Sequence record: DRR378314_235
Direction: 5' to 3' (one strand)
DNA length: 64,000 nt
Of this stretch, positions 20,700 to 29,253 are shown piece after piece. The position numbers and the translations under genes were made by a program. Numbering within the stretch: position 1 is the stretch's first letter; every line of letters begins with the position of its first letter. The notes beneath the pieces were generated by a model. The model was not told the origin of the DNA. It ran no database searches and saw only the letters and a list, made by a program, of their open reading frames with translations.

Positions 20700-21158
20700 A
20701 TGGATATAAAGACTTTTGGACAACTGATCGACTGGACGCGCGATCTGCACTCACATCTGGCGAGCTGTCTGTCCCATTGCGCAACAAAGCACGAGGAAGA
20801 ACGGGCCCGTGCGCTTTTGGATTATCTGGCAGCTCATGAATCGGAAATAGAGCGGATCGTGAACGAGTTTGAGCACCAAGGGGATAAGAAGGCACTGGAA
20901 ACTCGGGTGTACGACTACCTGTCCCATAATCCGATCAAAACTCATCGAACCTGCGACGAGCCTTACGCGAAGCTTGATTTTGATGGTATCTGCCGGGAAG
21001 TGTTCGACTTTCATGATCAGATTATTGATCTCTACAAAACGCTGATTGGAAAAGCCGAAATTCCAGAAGCAAAAGAGCTGTTCGAATCTCTTTTGGCGAT
21101 GGAGGAAAATGAGTCGATGAGACTGGCTCGTCAGGTTGGCCGAATGCAGGATCTATGA
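20700..21158 (+). CDS. Conserved hypothetical protein, probable ferritin-like four-helix bundle
   Basis: Two helical hairpins with LH / LDYLAAHE and FH..IIDLY / LLAMEENE; His/Cys-rich. Confidence 0.7.
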   Translation: MDIKTFGQLIDWTRDLHSHLASCLSHCATKHEEERARALLDYLAAHESEIERIVNEFEHQGDKKALETRVYDYLSHNPIKTHRTCDEPYAKLDFDGICREVFDFHDQIIDLYKTLIGKAEIPEAKELFESLLAMEENESMRLARQVGRMQDL

Positions 21159-21218
21159 GATCCGAGCACTTTTGCTGACGGCTTAATCCCTTTGAATGTT
21201 TCCAATTGAGGCTCACCT

Positions 21219-22511
21219 TCACACCTCAAAGACGGGCGCAAAGCCACCTCCCGGCGTTCGAAAGTTGGTGGCCTGGCCCTGGTACACACGGGCAGCGGCA
21301 AGCAGATGTTGCCCGGCATAGGTGTACAAACGGATATCGACCTTTCTGGTGGTGACCGTGCCATCCACTCTCAGGGTGCGTTCTCCGGCGGGAACGAAGT
21401 TCTGCGCGATGTAATCACCCTTCAGGATCTCTTCGAAAACGCGGCGGGTTAGTTTTTCGCCCCGATAGACGCCCTTGCTGCCATGGCCCGCTACCGGTTT
21501 GAAAAACAGTTTACGCCGGTTGCTCCACAACTCCGCCTCATCACTTGCTGAAACCAGCCGGGTCTTCGGTACAGCTCTATCCAGAAATCCTGCCTCGGTT
21601 TCACTCAGGCCCCAGTCGCGCAGGGTTTGGGCATCAGATAGCAGGATCAGGTTCCGTTTGTCGGCCATCAGCGCATGGGCGCGTGGATTGGGCGTGACGA
21701 CCGCCGCGCCGTCGAGGTAGGCGCGCCTCAGCGCCCCAAGAGCCGGGGCCTCCAAGGCAAAATCCACCAGGCGGTTGTACACCATGTCAATAGGCTTGCC
21801 GTGGGCGCTCAGGGCACCATCAACATACTCAAGCTCCGATGGGTCGAGGATCAAGGTCTCTATGCCTCTGGCCTGGAATAACTGCTGGGCCAGTTGGAAT
21901 TCCGGGAACATAAACTGGGATTCTGGGGCATCGTCCACAATGGCCAGCCAACCGGGCGTCGAGTCGCCACCTTGCCGTTCCCACTCCTGCTGGAACATGG
22001 CAAACACCGCGTCCTCGAACCCATCCAATGCACGGTTGGTGCCAGCGGTCTGCTGGGACGGGTCACAGCATCGGTGTTGAGCCCGGGCCAATACCGTGTT
22101 CAGAAATGCGCCGCCGGCGTTGGTGTTGATTTCGATCAGCTGAGGCCCGTTCTCGCCCAGGTGAAAGTCGTAGCCCATGAACGCCCCGATGGGGCCTGGA
22201 TCAAAACCGGCGATGTCCGGCGCCCAGGACAGAGCTTTTTCCTTATAGGGCGGAAGCTCGGCTGCGGATTCGATCGCCTGAACAATCCGCTCCATCGTCG
22301 CGATGTCAGCCTGGGGAACAAAAACCGGCGTGTTTGAAAAGAGATGATGGATCTCGGGAGTGGCCGGCGCCTCGTTCCCAGTGTCTGAAAACTGCTTCTG
22401 GAGGCTGTCAGTGAGCGCTTTTCGGTCAAGGGTGATGCAGTAACACTGCCGGTTGAGCTGGTCGGCGTGGGTTTTGGTTGTTCGCTGGTTTTCCTGGGGC
22501 ACGTCTTGCAT
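21219..22511 (-). CDS. Circularly permuted ATP-grasp amide ligase (glutathione/glutathionylspermidine synthetase-like)
   Basis: GYDFH...QLIEINTNAGG, VYNR, ADKRNL, FFKP.AGHGSKG, YIAQ, VDIR, AARVYQGQATNF. Start uncertain (22511-22577). Confidence 0.75.
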   Translation of the reverse strand: MQDVPQENQRTTKTHADQLNRQCYCITLDRKALTDSLQKQFSDTGNEAPATPEIHHLFSNTPVFVPQADIATMERIVQAIESAAELPPYKEKALSWAPDIAGFDPGPIGAFMGYDFHLGENGPQLIEINTNAGGAFLNTVLARAQHRCCDPSQQTAGTNRALDGFEDAVFAMFQQEWERQGGDSTPGWLAIVDDAPESQFMFPEFQLAQQLFQARGIETLILDPSELEYVDGALSAHGKPIDMVYNRLVDFALEAPALGALRRAYLDGAAVVTPNPRAHALMADKRNLILLSDAQTLRDWGLSETEAGFLDRAVPKTRLVSASDEAELWSNRRKLFFKPVAGHGSKGVYRGEKLTRRVFEEILKGDYIAQNFVPAGERTLRVDGTVTTRKVDIRLYTYAGQHLLAAARVYQGQATNFRTPGGGFAPVFEV

Positions 22512-22582
22512 TGGTCGTCCATGGTCATTGTGAATCGTTCCACCTTGATTCTGGTCAAACGAATGCATGTTTCGCAACTGTT

Positions 22583-22598
22583 TTCAGGCCTGTTTCAG
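22583..22598 (+). promoter_or_regulatory. Direct-repeat box TTCAG-N6-TTCAG
   Basis: TTCAG at 22583 and 22594, in the divergent region between the ATP-grasp and beta-propeller genes. Confidence 0.55.
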
Positions 22599-22699
22599 CT
22601 TGGTGTGATGGACTGCCAAGTAATGACCATGCCTGTTCGGGATCTTGCTTACCGGGCGAGGAGATCTTACTGAAACCCTCTGACCAAAAAGGGCACGCT

Positions 22700-23296
22700 A
22701 TGAACCATTCGTTGCGCAAGCAGTGTATTGCTGGTATTACGGCCAGTGTCGCTATGAGTTTTTCGCTGATGGTGGCCGCAGACACGAACCGGGCATTTGT
22801 TCCCATGGGCACAGCGGATGCCGTCGGCGTTATTGATCTGGAAAACCGCAAGGTGACGTCGTCCATTGGCGGCACCCTGAATACCCACGGTTCGGCACTG
22901 ACCCCGGATGGCCGGTATCTGGTGGTGGGTAGTTTGTCGGCGCATGATCGTCAGAAGCCGGTTAGTCGCCCCGAAGGCATTTCAGAAGATGAACACGCCG
23001 CTCATCATGGGGGCGGGAAGTCTACTGAATTGGAAGCAGGGAGTACGGGGCTGCTCTATTTGGTGAACACGGCCACAAAGACGATTGACCGCAAACTGGA
23101 AGTGCCGGGGCCTGTGCACCATGTGCTGGTGACTTCCAACGGTCGCTATGCCGTTTCCACGCATCCTGCCAGTGGCAGTATCAGCGTTGTGGATCTGGAT
23201 TCCGGTCAGTTGGTCAAAACTGTGGCGACGGGGCCGGCCCCCAACTATCTGGTGCAAACCGACGACGGCCAATCCCTTCTGGTCATCGGCGCCTGA
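22700..23296 (+). pseudogene. YncE/YVTN-type exported beta-propeller protein, probably 3'-truncated at the island edge
   Basis: Signal peptide; blades (VGVID, HGSALTPDGRYL, HHVLVTSNGRYA, ISVVDL, TGPAPNY); EDEHAAHH loop; ends mid-blade at 198 aa. Confidence 0.62.
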
Positions 23297-23310
23297 GTAA
23301 ACCAGGCGCC
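23288..23310. terminator. Hairpin at the island right junction / end of the FAA hydrolase gene
   Basis: GGCGCCTG-AGTAAAC-CAGGCGCC between convergent ORFs. Confidence 0.5.
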
Positions 23311-23323
23311 TCACGGGCCGGCG

Positions 23324-24025
23324 TCAGGCCACGCGGGTGAACACCTGCAGGATATTGCCCAGCCGGGCAGTGAGCTTGTCACCGGAGGCCAGCGGGCCGA
23401 CCCCGGCCGGCGTGCCGGTAAAAATCAGGTCGCCGGGCTCCAGCGTGAACACCTGATTGATCTGCGCGATCAGTTCAAAGGTCGGGAACAGCATCTGCCC
23501 GGTATGGCCGTGTTGGCGACTTTCGCCGTTTACCTCCAGAGACACCTCCAGATTCTGCCGCACCGAAATGCCGCGGGCGTCGATAAACCCGGAAACCGGT
23601 GCGCCGCCGTCGAAACCCTTTGCCCGTTCCCAGGGATGGCCTTTTTCCTTTAGCCGGCTCTGCAGGTCACGCAGGGTCAGATCCAGGCCGACCCCGTAGG
23701 CGGCGATGGCGAAGCGAATGGTTTCCAGGTCGGTCTCGCCGCTCAGGCGCTCACCGATCATCACCACCATTTCCACCTCGTGGTGCACCGGGCCCTGTCC
23801 CTGGGGCAGCACCAGCGGTTCGTGCAGGCTGCACAGCGCGGTGGCCGGTTTCATGAACAGCAGAGGTTCCTCGGGCACGTCATTGCCCAGCTCGCGGGCG
23901 TGCTCGGCGTAGTTTCTTCCCACGCAGACGCACTTGCCGAGCGGCATTTCCATGGGCGAGCCGTCGATCCAGCGATGAACGTAGGCGGATTCCGGTCGCG
24001 CTTTCAGCGTGTGGGTATCAAACAT
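23324..24025 (-). CDS. Fumarylacetoacetate hydrolase family protein (YcgM-like)
   Basis: CVGRNYAEH, FMKP, HHEVE, DLTLRD, WERAKGFD, PGDLIFTGTPAGVG. Confidence 0.92.
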   Translation of the reverse strand: MFDTHTLKARPESAYVHRWIDGSPMEMPLGKCVCVGRNYAEHARELGNDVPEEPLLFMKPATALCSLHEPLVLPQGQGPVHHEVEMVVMIGERLSGETDLETIRFAIAAYGVGLDLTLRDLQSRLKEKGHPWERAKGFDGGAPVSGFIDARGISVRQNLEVSLEVNGESRQHGHTGQMLFPTFELIAQINQVFTLEPGDLIFTGTPAGVGPLASGDKLTARLGNILQVFTRVA

Positions 24026-25412
24026 CGAACAATTTTCCGGGGTTCATCACATTGTTGGGATCGAAAACCGCTTTCACCGCTTTCATATAAGCGATTTCCT
24101 CTTCACTGCGGGAATACGACAGATAAGGCTTCTTGGTCATGCCCACGCCGTGCTCGGCGGAAATCGAGCCGTCGTACTTCTGCACGATCTCGAACACCCA
24201 TTTGGACACATCGCCGCATTGGCGGAAAAAATCTTCCTTGGGCAGGTCCGCCGGCTTGAGAATATTCAGGTGCATGTTGCCGTCACCGATATGCCCGAAC
24301 CAGACGATCTCGAAATCCGGGTAGGCCTCCTGCACCACCTTGTCCACGTCCTCGACGAAATCCGGCACCTTGGAAACGGTGACGGAAATATCGTTTTTAT
24401 AGGGCGTGTGCGGCGCGATCGATTCGGAAATACGTTCGCGCAACTGCCACAGCTGCTCCAGCTGACCCAGCGACTGGCTCATTACCCCATCCAGCACCCA
24501 GCCCTGCTCCACGCAGTGCTCGAAAATCTCCATGGCCCGTTCGCCGGTGTGTTCGGAAAGCTGCTCGAATTCCAGCAGGCAGTAGAACGGACAATCGCTG
24601 TCGAAGGGTTTGGCCACCCCGTGCTCGAGCACATGGGCCATGGCCTTGTCGGAAAAGAACTCAAACGCGGTCAGATCAATGTCCTTCTGAAACGCGTGCA
24701 GCACTTTCATGACTTCGCGGAAACCGGGCGCGCCCAGCACCAGGGCGGTGAGGTCCTTGGGCCGGCGGGCCAGCTTCACGGTGGCTTCCACCACGAAGCC
24801 CAGGGTGCCTTCGGAGCCGATGAACAGGTGGCGGAAGTCGTAGCCGGTGGCGTTCTTGATCAGGCCCTTGTTGAGGTCCAGCAGTTCACCCCGGCCGGTG
24901 ACCACCTTGAGGCCGGTGATCCAGTCCCGGGTCATGCCGTAGCGGATCACCTTGATGCCGCCGGCGTTGGTGTTGATGTTGCCGCCGATCTGGCTGGAGC
25001 CGGCGGAGGCGAAGTCCACCGGGTAGAACAGCTCCTTGCTGTCGGCGAATTCCTGCAGCTGCTGGGTGACCACCCCCGGCTGCACCGTGACCGACCGGTC
25101 GTACTCGTTGAAGTCGAGCACCCGGTTCATCCGGTCGAACGCCACCACCAGCTCGCCGTTGGCGGCCACCGCCCCGGCGGACAGGCCGGTGCGGCCCCCG
25201 GAGGGCACCAGGTGCAGGCCGTGTTCATTGGCGATCTCCACGATCTGCTGCACTTCTTCGGTGGTTTCCGGCAGCACCACGGCGCTGGGCGCCGGCGCCC
25301 AGACCTTGGTCCAGTCCACCCCGTAGCGCTGGGCGCTGTCCGGATCGGTGAGGCAGCGCTTGCCAAGAAGCGCGCTGAGCTGGTCCAGGGCGGCGTGGGC
25401 GAGGGAGGTCAT
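24018..25412 (-). CDS. FAD-linked D-2-hydroxyglutarate dehydrogenase
   Basis: PSGGRTGLSAG, IGGNINTNAGG, GSEGTLG, FGHIGDGNMH, SAEHGVG, NPGK; divergent from serA as in Pseudomonas. Confidence 0.85.
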   Translation of the reverse strand: MTSLAHAALDQLSALLGKRCLTDPDSAQRYGVDWTKVWAPAPSAVVLPETTEEVQQIVEIANEHGLHLVPSGGRTGLSAGAVAANGELVVAFDRMNRVLDFNEYDRSVTVQPGVVTQQLQEFADSKELFYPVDFASAGSSQIGGNINTNAGGIKVIRYGMTRDWITGLKVVTGRGELLDLNKGLIKNATGYDFRHLFIGSEGTLGFVVEATVKLARRPKDLTALVLGAPGFREVMKVLHAFQKDIDLTAFEFFSDKAMAHVLEHGVAKPFDSDCPFYCLLEFEQLSEHTGERAMEIFEHCVEQGWVLDGVMSQSLGQLEQLWQLRERISESIAPHTPYKNDISVTVSKVPDFVEDVDKVVQEAYPDFEIVWFGHIGDGNMHLNILKPADLPKEDFFRQCGDVSKWVFEIVQKYDGSISAEHGVGMTKKPYLSYSRSEEEIAYMKAVKAVFDPNNVMNPGKLFDV

Positions 25413-25539
25413 CGGCAACTCCAAAGGTCTTCAAGTCAACTTGAGCATTCAACATGTGCACGGGGGCTCCGGAATGGGTCTCATCCGGGGCGGGCTATGA
25501 TACCATACGCGCCCATTTAACCCGCTACAGAGACCACCC

Positions 25540-26769
25540 ATGGCCAACACTTCTCTTGAGAAGGACAAGATCCGCATCCTCCTGCTCGAGGGCGTCCACC
25601 AGAACTCGGTGGATAATCTGAAGGCGCACGGCTACAGCAACGTGGAGCTTCTGCCCACCGCGCTCACCGGCGACGACCTCAAGGACGCCATCAAGGACGC
25701 CCATTTTGTCGGCATCCGCTCGCGCACCCAGCTCACCGAGGAGGTCTTCCAGGCCGCCGAAAAGTTGATCGGCGTGGGCTGTTTCTGTATCGGCACCAAC
25801 CAGGTGGATTTGAAGGCCGCCCTCAAGCGCGGCATTCCGGTGTTCAACGCGCCCTACTCCAACACCCGCTCGGTGGCGGAGTTGGTGATCGCTCACACCG
25901 TCAACTTGATGCGCGGCATTCCCGAAAAGAACGCGGTGGCCCACCGCGGCGGCTGGCTGAAATCCGCCAAGGACAGCTACGAGATCCGCGGCAAGAAGCT
26001 GGGCATCGTCGGCTACGGCAACATCGGCGCCCAGGTGTCGGTGCTGGCGGAATCCATGGGCATGAAGGTGTACTTCTACGACGTGGTCTCCAAGCTGCCG
26101 ATGGGCAACGCGGAACAGGTGGGCAGCCTCAATGACCTGCTCGGCCTGGCCGACGTGGTCAGCCTGCACGTGCCGGACACCGCCGCCACCCGCTGGATGA
26201 TCCGCGAAGAGCAGATTCGCGCCATGAAGCCCAAGAGCTATCTGATCAACTACGCCCGGGGCAAGGTGGTGGACATCGAGGCGCTGGCCGCCGCGCTGCG
26301 CGACAAGCACCTGCTCGGCGCCGCCATCGACGTGTTCCCGGAAGAGCCCAAGGGCAACGACGACGAGTTCATCAGCCCGCTGCGCGAATTCGACAACGTG
26401 ATCCTGACCCCGCACATCGGTGGTTCCACCCATGAGGCCCAGGAAAACATCGGCACCGAAGTGTCCGAGAAGCTGATCCGCTACTCCGACAACGGCTCCA
26501 CCCTGAGCGCGGTGAACTTCCCGGAGGTGGCCCTGCCGTCGCACCCGGACATGCACCGTCTGCTGCATATCCACCGCAACATTCCCGGCATCCTCACCCA
26601 GATCAACACCGTGTTCTCCGAGAACGACATCAACATCTGCGGCCAGTACCTGCAGACCAATGAAGAGATCGGCTACGTGGTGATCGACGTGAACAAGGGC
26701 TACAGCCAACTGGCCCTGGAAAAGCTGCGCACCATCGACGGCACCATCCGCACCCGCGTGTTGTTCTAG
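25540..26769 (+). CDS. serA: D-3-phosphoglycerate dehydrogenase
   Basis: LLLEGVH, GIRSRT, GCFCIGTNQVDL, GYGNIG, LTPHIGGST and C-terminal ACT domain. Confidence 0.97.
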   Translation: MANTSLEKDKIRILLLEGVHQNSVDNLKAHGYSNVELLPTALTGDDLKDAIKDAHFVGIRSRTQLTEEVFQAAEKLIGVGCFCIGTNQVDLKAALKRGIPVFNAPYSNTRSVAELVIAHTVNLMRGIPEKNAVAHRGGWLKSAKDSYEIRGKKLGIVGYGNIGAQVSVLAESMGMKVYFYDVVSKLPMGNAEQVGSLNDLLGLADVVSLHVPDTAATRWMIREEQIRAMKPKSYLINYARGKVVDIEALAAALRDKHLLGAAIDVFPEEPKGNDDEFISPLREFDNVILTPHIGGSTHEAQENIGTEVSEKLIRYSDNGSTLSAVNFPEVALPSHPDMHRLLHIHRNIPGILTQINTVFSENDINICGQYLQTNEEIGYVVIDVNKGYSQLALEKLRTIDGTIRTRVLF

Positions 26770-26781
26770 CGCCTCGACAAT

Positions 26782-26820
26782 AAGCCGGAGCCGGGCTACC
26801 TTGCCCGCTCCGGTTTTTTT
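26782..26820 (+). terminator. Intrinsic terminator after serA
   Basis: CCGGAGCCGGGC-TACCTT-GCCCGCTCCGG followed by T7. Confidence 0.8.
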
Positions 26821-26835
26821 ATGGCGCCGCGGTCT

Positions 26836-28209
26836 ATGAGAATAAGCCCGCCAGGATACGTGCTGGTCAGAAACGGCGTCGCGCTGTTGCTGGCCATGGT
26901 GCTATTGAGCGGCTGCGCCACCCGCTCCCTGTTCCAGCCCTACCCGTCCCAGGCGCGCGCCTGGACCGCCGACATGGCGGCGGACGGGCCCGCCCCGTTG
27001 CTGAGAAAAGGCGTCGACAGCCGTGACGGCGTGCTCTATCTGCAGGAACTGGGCCGGGTGCACCAGCTGAGCGGCGCCATCGAAGACAGCGAGAGCGCCT
27101 TTCGCCGCGCCTTCGGTCACTACGACGAAACGGACGCCGCCGCCCGGCTGCGCGCCTCCAGCCTGGTGAGCAATACCGGCGCCCTGCTGGTCAACGACAA
27201 CGCCCGCCCCTATGTGGCGCCGGACTACGAGCGCATTTTCGCGCACGCCTACCAAGCCCTGAATTACTGGCGTGAGAACGACGTCACCGCCACCGCCGTG
27301 GAACTGCGCGCCGCCGCCAACGAGCAACGGGTGGCCGCCAACCGGCGCGATGACGAGATCGCCGCCGCCCAGGAGGCGGCGCGGGAAGAGGGCGTGCAAC
27401 CGGACGATTTCGACAGCCACTTCGCCGGCCTGGACGCCGCCGCCGGCGAGGTCAAAGCGAGCTTCCAGAACGCCTGGACTTTCTATCTCTCGGCCCTGTT
27501 CTGGGAGGCCCACGGCGAATACAACGACGCCCTGGTGGACTACAAGAAAGCCCTGGAGATCCACCCGGATTCCGCCATGCTGCAGGAGGATGTGGCGCGC
27601 CTGTCCCGCGCCCAGGACGGCCGGGTGGAACGCGACAAGGGCCTGGTGGCGGTGGTCTACGAGCAGGGCCTGGTGCCCGCCCGCCGCGAGCTGAGCCTGC
27701 CGATCCCCACGCCGCACGGCCTCTTCGCGGTGGCCTTCCCGACCTACAGCGCCGCCGACAAGCCGCGCCCGGCGCCGCTCACCGTGGCCGTCGGCGACAC
27801 CACGGCGCGCACCGAAGTGCTCACCGACGTGGGCGGGCTGGCCGCGCGCCATTTGCGCGAACAACTGCCCGGCATGCTGGTGCGGCAGACGCTGCGTGCC
27901 ACCACCAAGTACAATCTGCAGAAGAAAGCCAACGACGATTTCGGTCCGGTGGGCGCCATCCTCACGCAGATCTTCAATGTGGTCAGCGAACAGGCCGACC
28001 TGCGCAGCTGGTTGAGCCTGCCCGCCTACGCCCAGGCCACCCGCCTGATGTTGCCGCCCGGCGAGCACCGCCTTCAGTTGAGCACACCCGGTGGCGGTGC
28101 TAGTTTGACGGTTCCCGTGGTGGAACAGGGCGTGACCGTGATTCACGTGGTGGCCACCCCCGGCCGCCTTATAACCCGCGTGTTACCCGTTCAGGAGGGC
28201 CCGTTATGA
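26836..28209 (+). CDS. COG3014-like TPR lipoprotein
   Basis: LSGC lipobox; YERIF.H.YQALNY, SFQNA, DYKKALE, EQADLRSWLSLP. Start uncertain. Confidence 0.75.
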   Translation: MRISPPGYVLVRNGVALLLAMVLLSGCATRSLFQPYPSQARAWTADMAADGPAPLLRKGVDSRDGVLYLQELGRVHQLSGAIEDSESAFRRAFGHYDETDAAARLRASSLVSNTGALLVNDNARPYVAPDYERIFAHAYQALNYWRENDVTATAVELRAAANEQRVAANRRDDEIAAAQEAAREEGVQPDDFDSHFAGLDAAAGEVKASFQNAWTFYLSALFWEAHGEYNDALVDYKKALEIHPDSAMLQEDVARLSRAQDGRVERDKGLVAVVYEQGLVPARRELSLPIPTPHGLFAVAFPTYSAADKPRPAPLTVAVGDTTARTEVLTDVGGLAARHLREQLPGMLVRQTLRATTKYNLQKKANDDFGPVGAILTQIFNVVSEQADLRSWLSLPAYAQATRLMLPPGEHRLQLSTPGGGASLTVPVVEQGVTVIHVVATPGRLITRVLPVQEGPL

Positions 28210-28595
28210 AAGCTCCGTTTACCGCTCTGGCCGCCGTCGTGCTGGCGGTGGTCCTGGCGGGCTGTTCCGCCAGTAATATGGCCCGCCCCGGCGACGACGG
28301 CGAACCGCGCCTGTACTCCAACAACAGCACCCTGGCCAACCGCCTTTCGGTGGAAGCGCTGCAGGACAAAAAAGTCGGCGACCTGCTGTACGTGCAGGCG
28401 ACGTTGGAAAACGGCTGGAAATTTGAACTGGATTTCCAATACAAGATCAAATGGTTCGATCGGGACGGGTTCGAAGTGGCTCCGGAATCCCAGCCCTGGC
28501 GGCAACTGGTGATGGCCGGTCGCAGCCAGAACAATGTCCAGGCGGTGGCCCCCAACCCCAGCGCCGTCCGTTATGAAATCTGGGTGCGCGAATAA
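28206..28595 (+). CDS. ycfL: YcfL-family lipoprotein
   Basis: LAGC lipobox; FQYKIKWFDRDGFEV, PWR, AVAPNP.A; precedes lpoB. Confidence 0.8.
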   Translation: MKAPFTALAAVVLAVVLAGCSASNMARPGDDGEPRLYSNNSTLANRLSVEALQDKKVGDLLYVQATLENGWKFELDFQYKIKWFDRDGFEVAPESQPWRQLVMAGRSQNNVQAVAPNPSAVRYEIWVRE

Positions 28596-28633
28596 CGCCC
28601 CGGACGCCATTCAGGTTCCTTAAGGAGAAACAC

Positions 28634-29227
28634 ATGGTTCGCGTATTTTCACTGCTCGCCCTGGCTATGGCGCTGATGCTTTCCGGCTGTGCGTCCCGGG
28701 TGGATTACGGCGACGCCCAGGCCCGTGAAACGGTGACCGCCGATTTCGGCTCCACCGATCTGCAGATGATCGCCACCAAGATGGTGGACGACATGATGGT
28801 GTTCCCGCCGATCGTGGAAATGACCCGCGACCGCCGCCCGGTACTGTTCGTTGATCGCATCAAGAACAAGACCAGCGAGCACATCGACACCGAGTCCGTC
28901 ACCGACACCATCCAGTCCAAGCTGATCAACTCCGGCAAGTTCCGCTTCGTGGATATGTCCGTGGTCGACCGGGTACGCGAACAACTCGAGTACCAGCAGG
29001 ATTCCGGCATGGTGGACCAGGCCAGCGCCGCGCAGATGGGCCGCCAGATCGGCGCCGAGTTCATGCTCTACGGCAACCTGTCCTCGATCGTGAAGCGCGA
29101 CGACAGCACCAAGGACGTCTACTACAAGTTCACCCTGAAACTGCTGAACATCCAGAGCGGCATTATTGAGTGGTCCGGCGAGAAGGAAATCCGCAAGACC
29201 CGCAAACGCAGCCTGTTCGGCTTCTGA
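28634..29227 (+). CDS. lpoB: Penicillin-binding protein activator LpoB-like lipoprotein
   Basis: LSGC lipobox; FGSTDLQ, IKNKTSEHIDT, SGKFRFVD, GAEFMLYG, GIIEW. Confidence 0.82.
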   Translation: MVRVFSLLALAMALMLSGCASRVDYGDAQARETVTADFGSTDLQMIATKMVDDMMVFPPIVEMTRDRRPVLFVDRIKNKTSEHIDTESVTDTIQSKLINSGKFRFVDMSVVDRVREQLEYQQDSGMVDQASAAQMGRQIGAEFMLYGNLSSIVKRDDSTKDVYYKFTLKLLNIQSGIIEWSGEKEIRKTRKRSLFGF

Positions 29228-29253
29228 ACACCCTGGCACCAGGGAGAGGAACC

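Larger units (their letters stand above)
8560..23290. mobile_element. Integrase-bearing copper-resistance genomic island (~14.7 kb), right end apparently truncated
   Basis: Abrupt GC drop after 8559, integrase and arm-type repeats at the left, heavy-metal cargo, truncated last gene, host-type genes resume at 23324. Boundaries are approximate. Confidence 0.85.
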
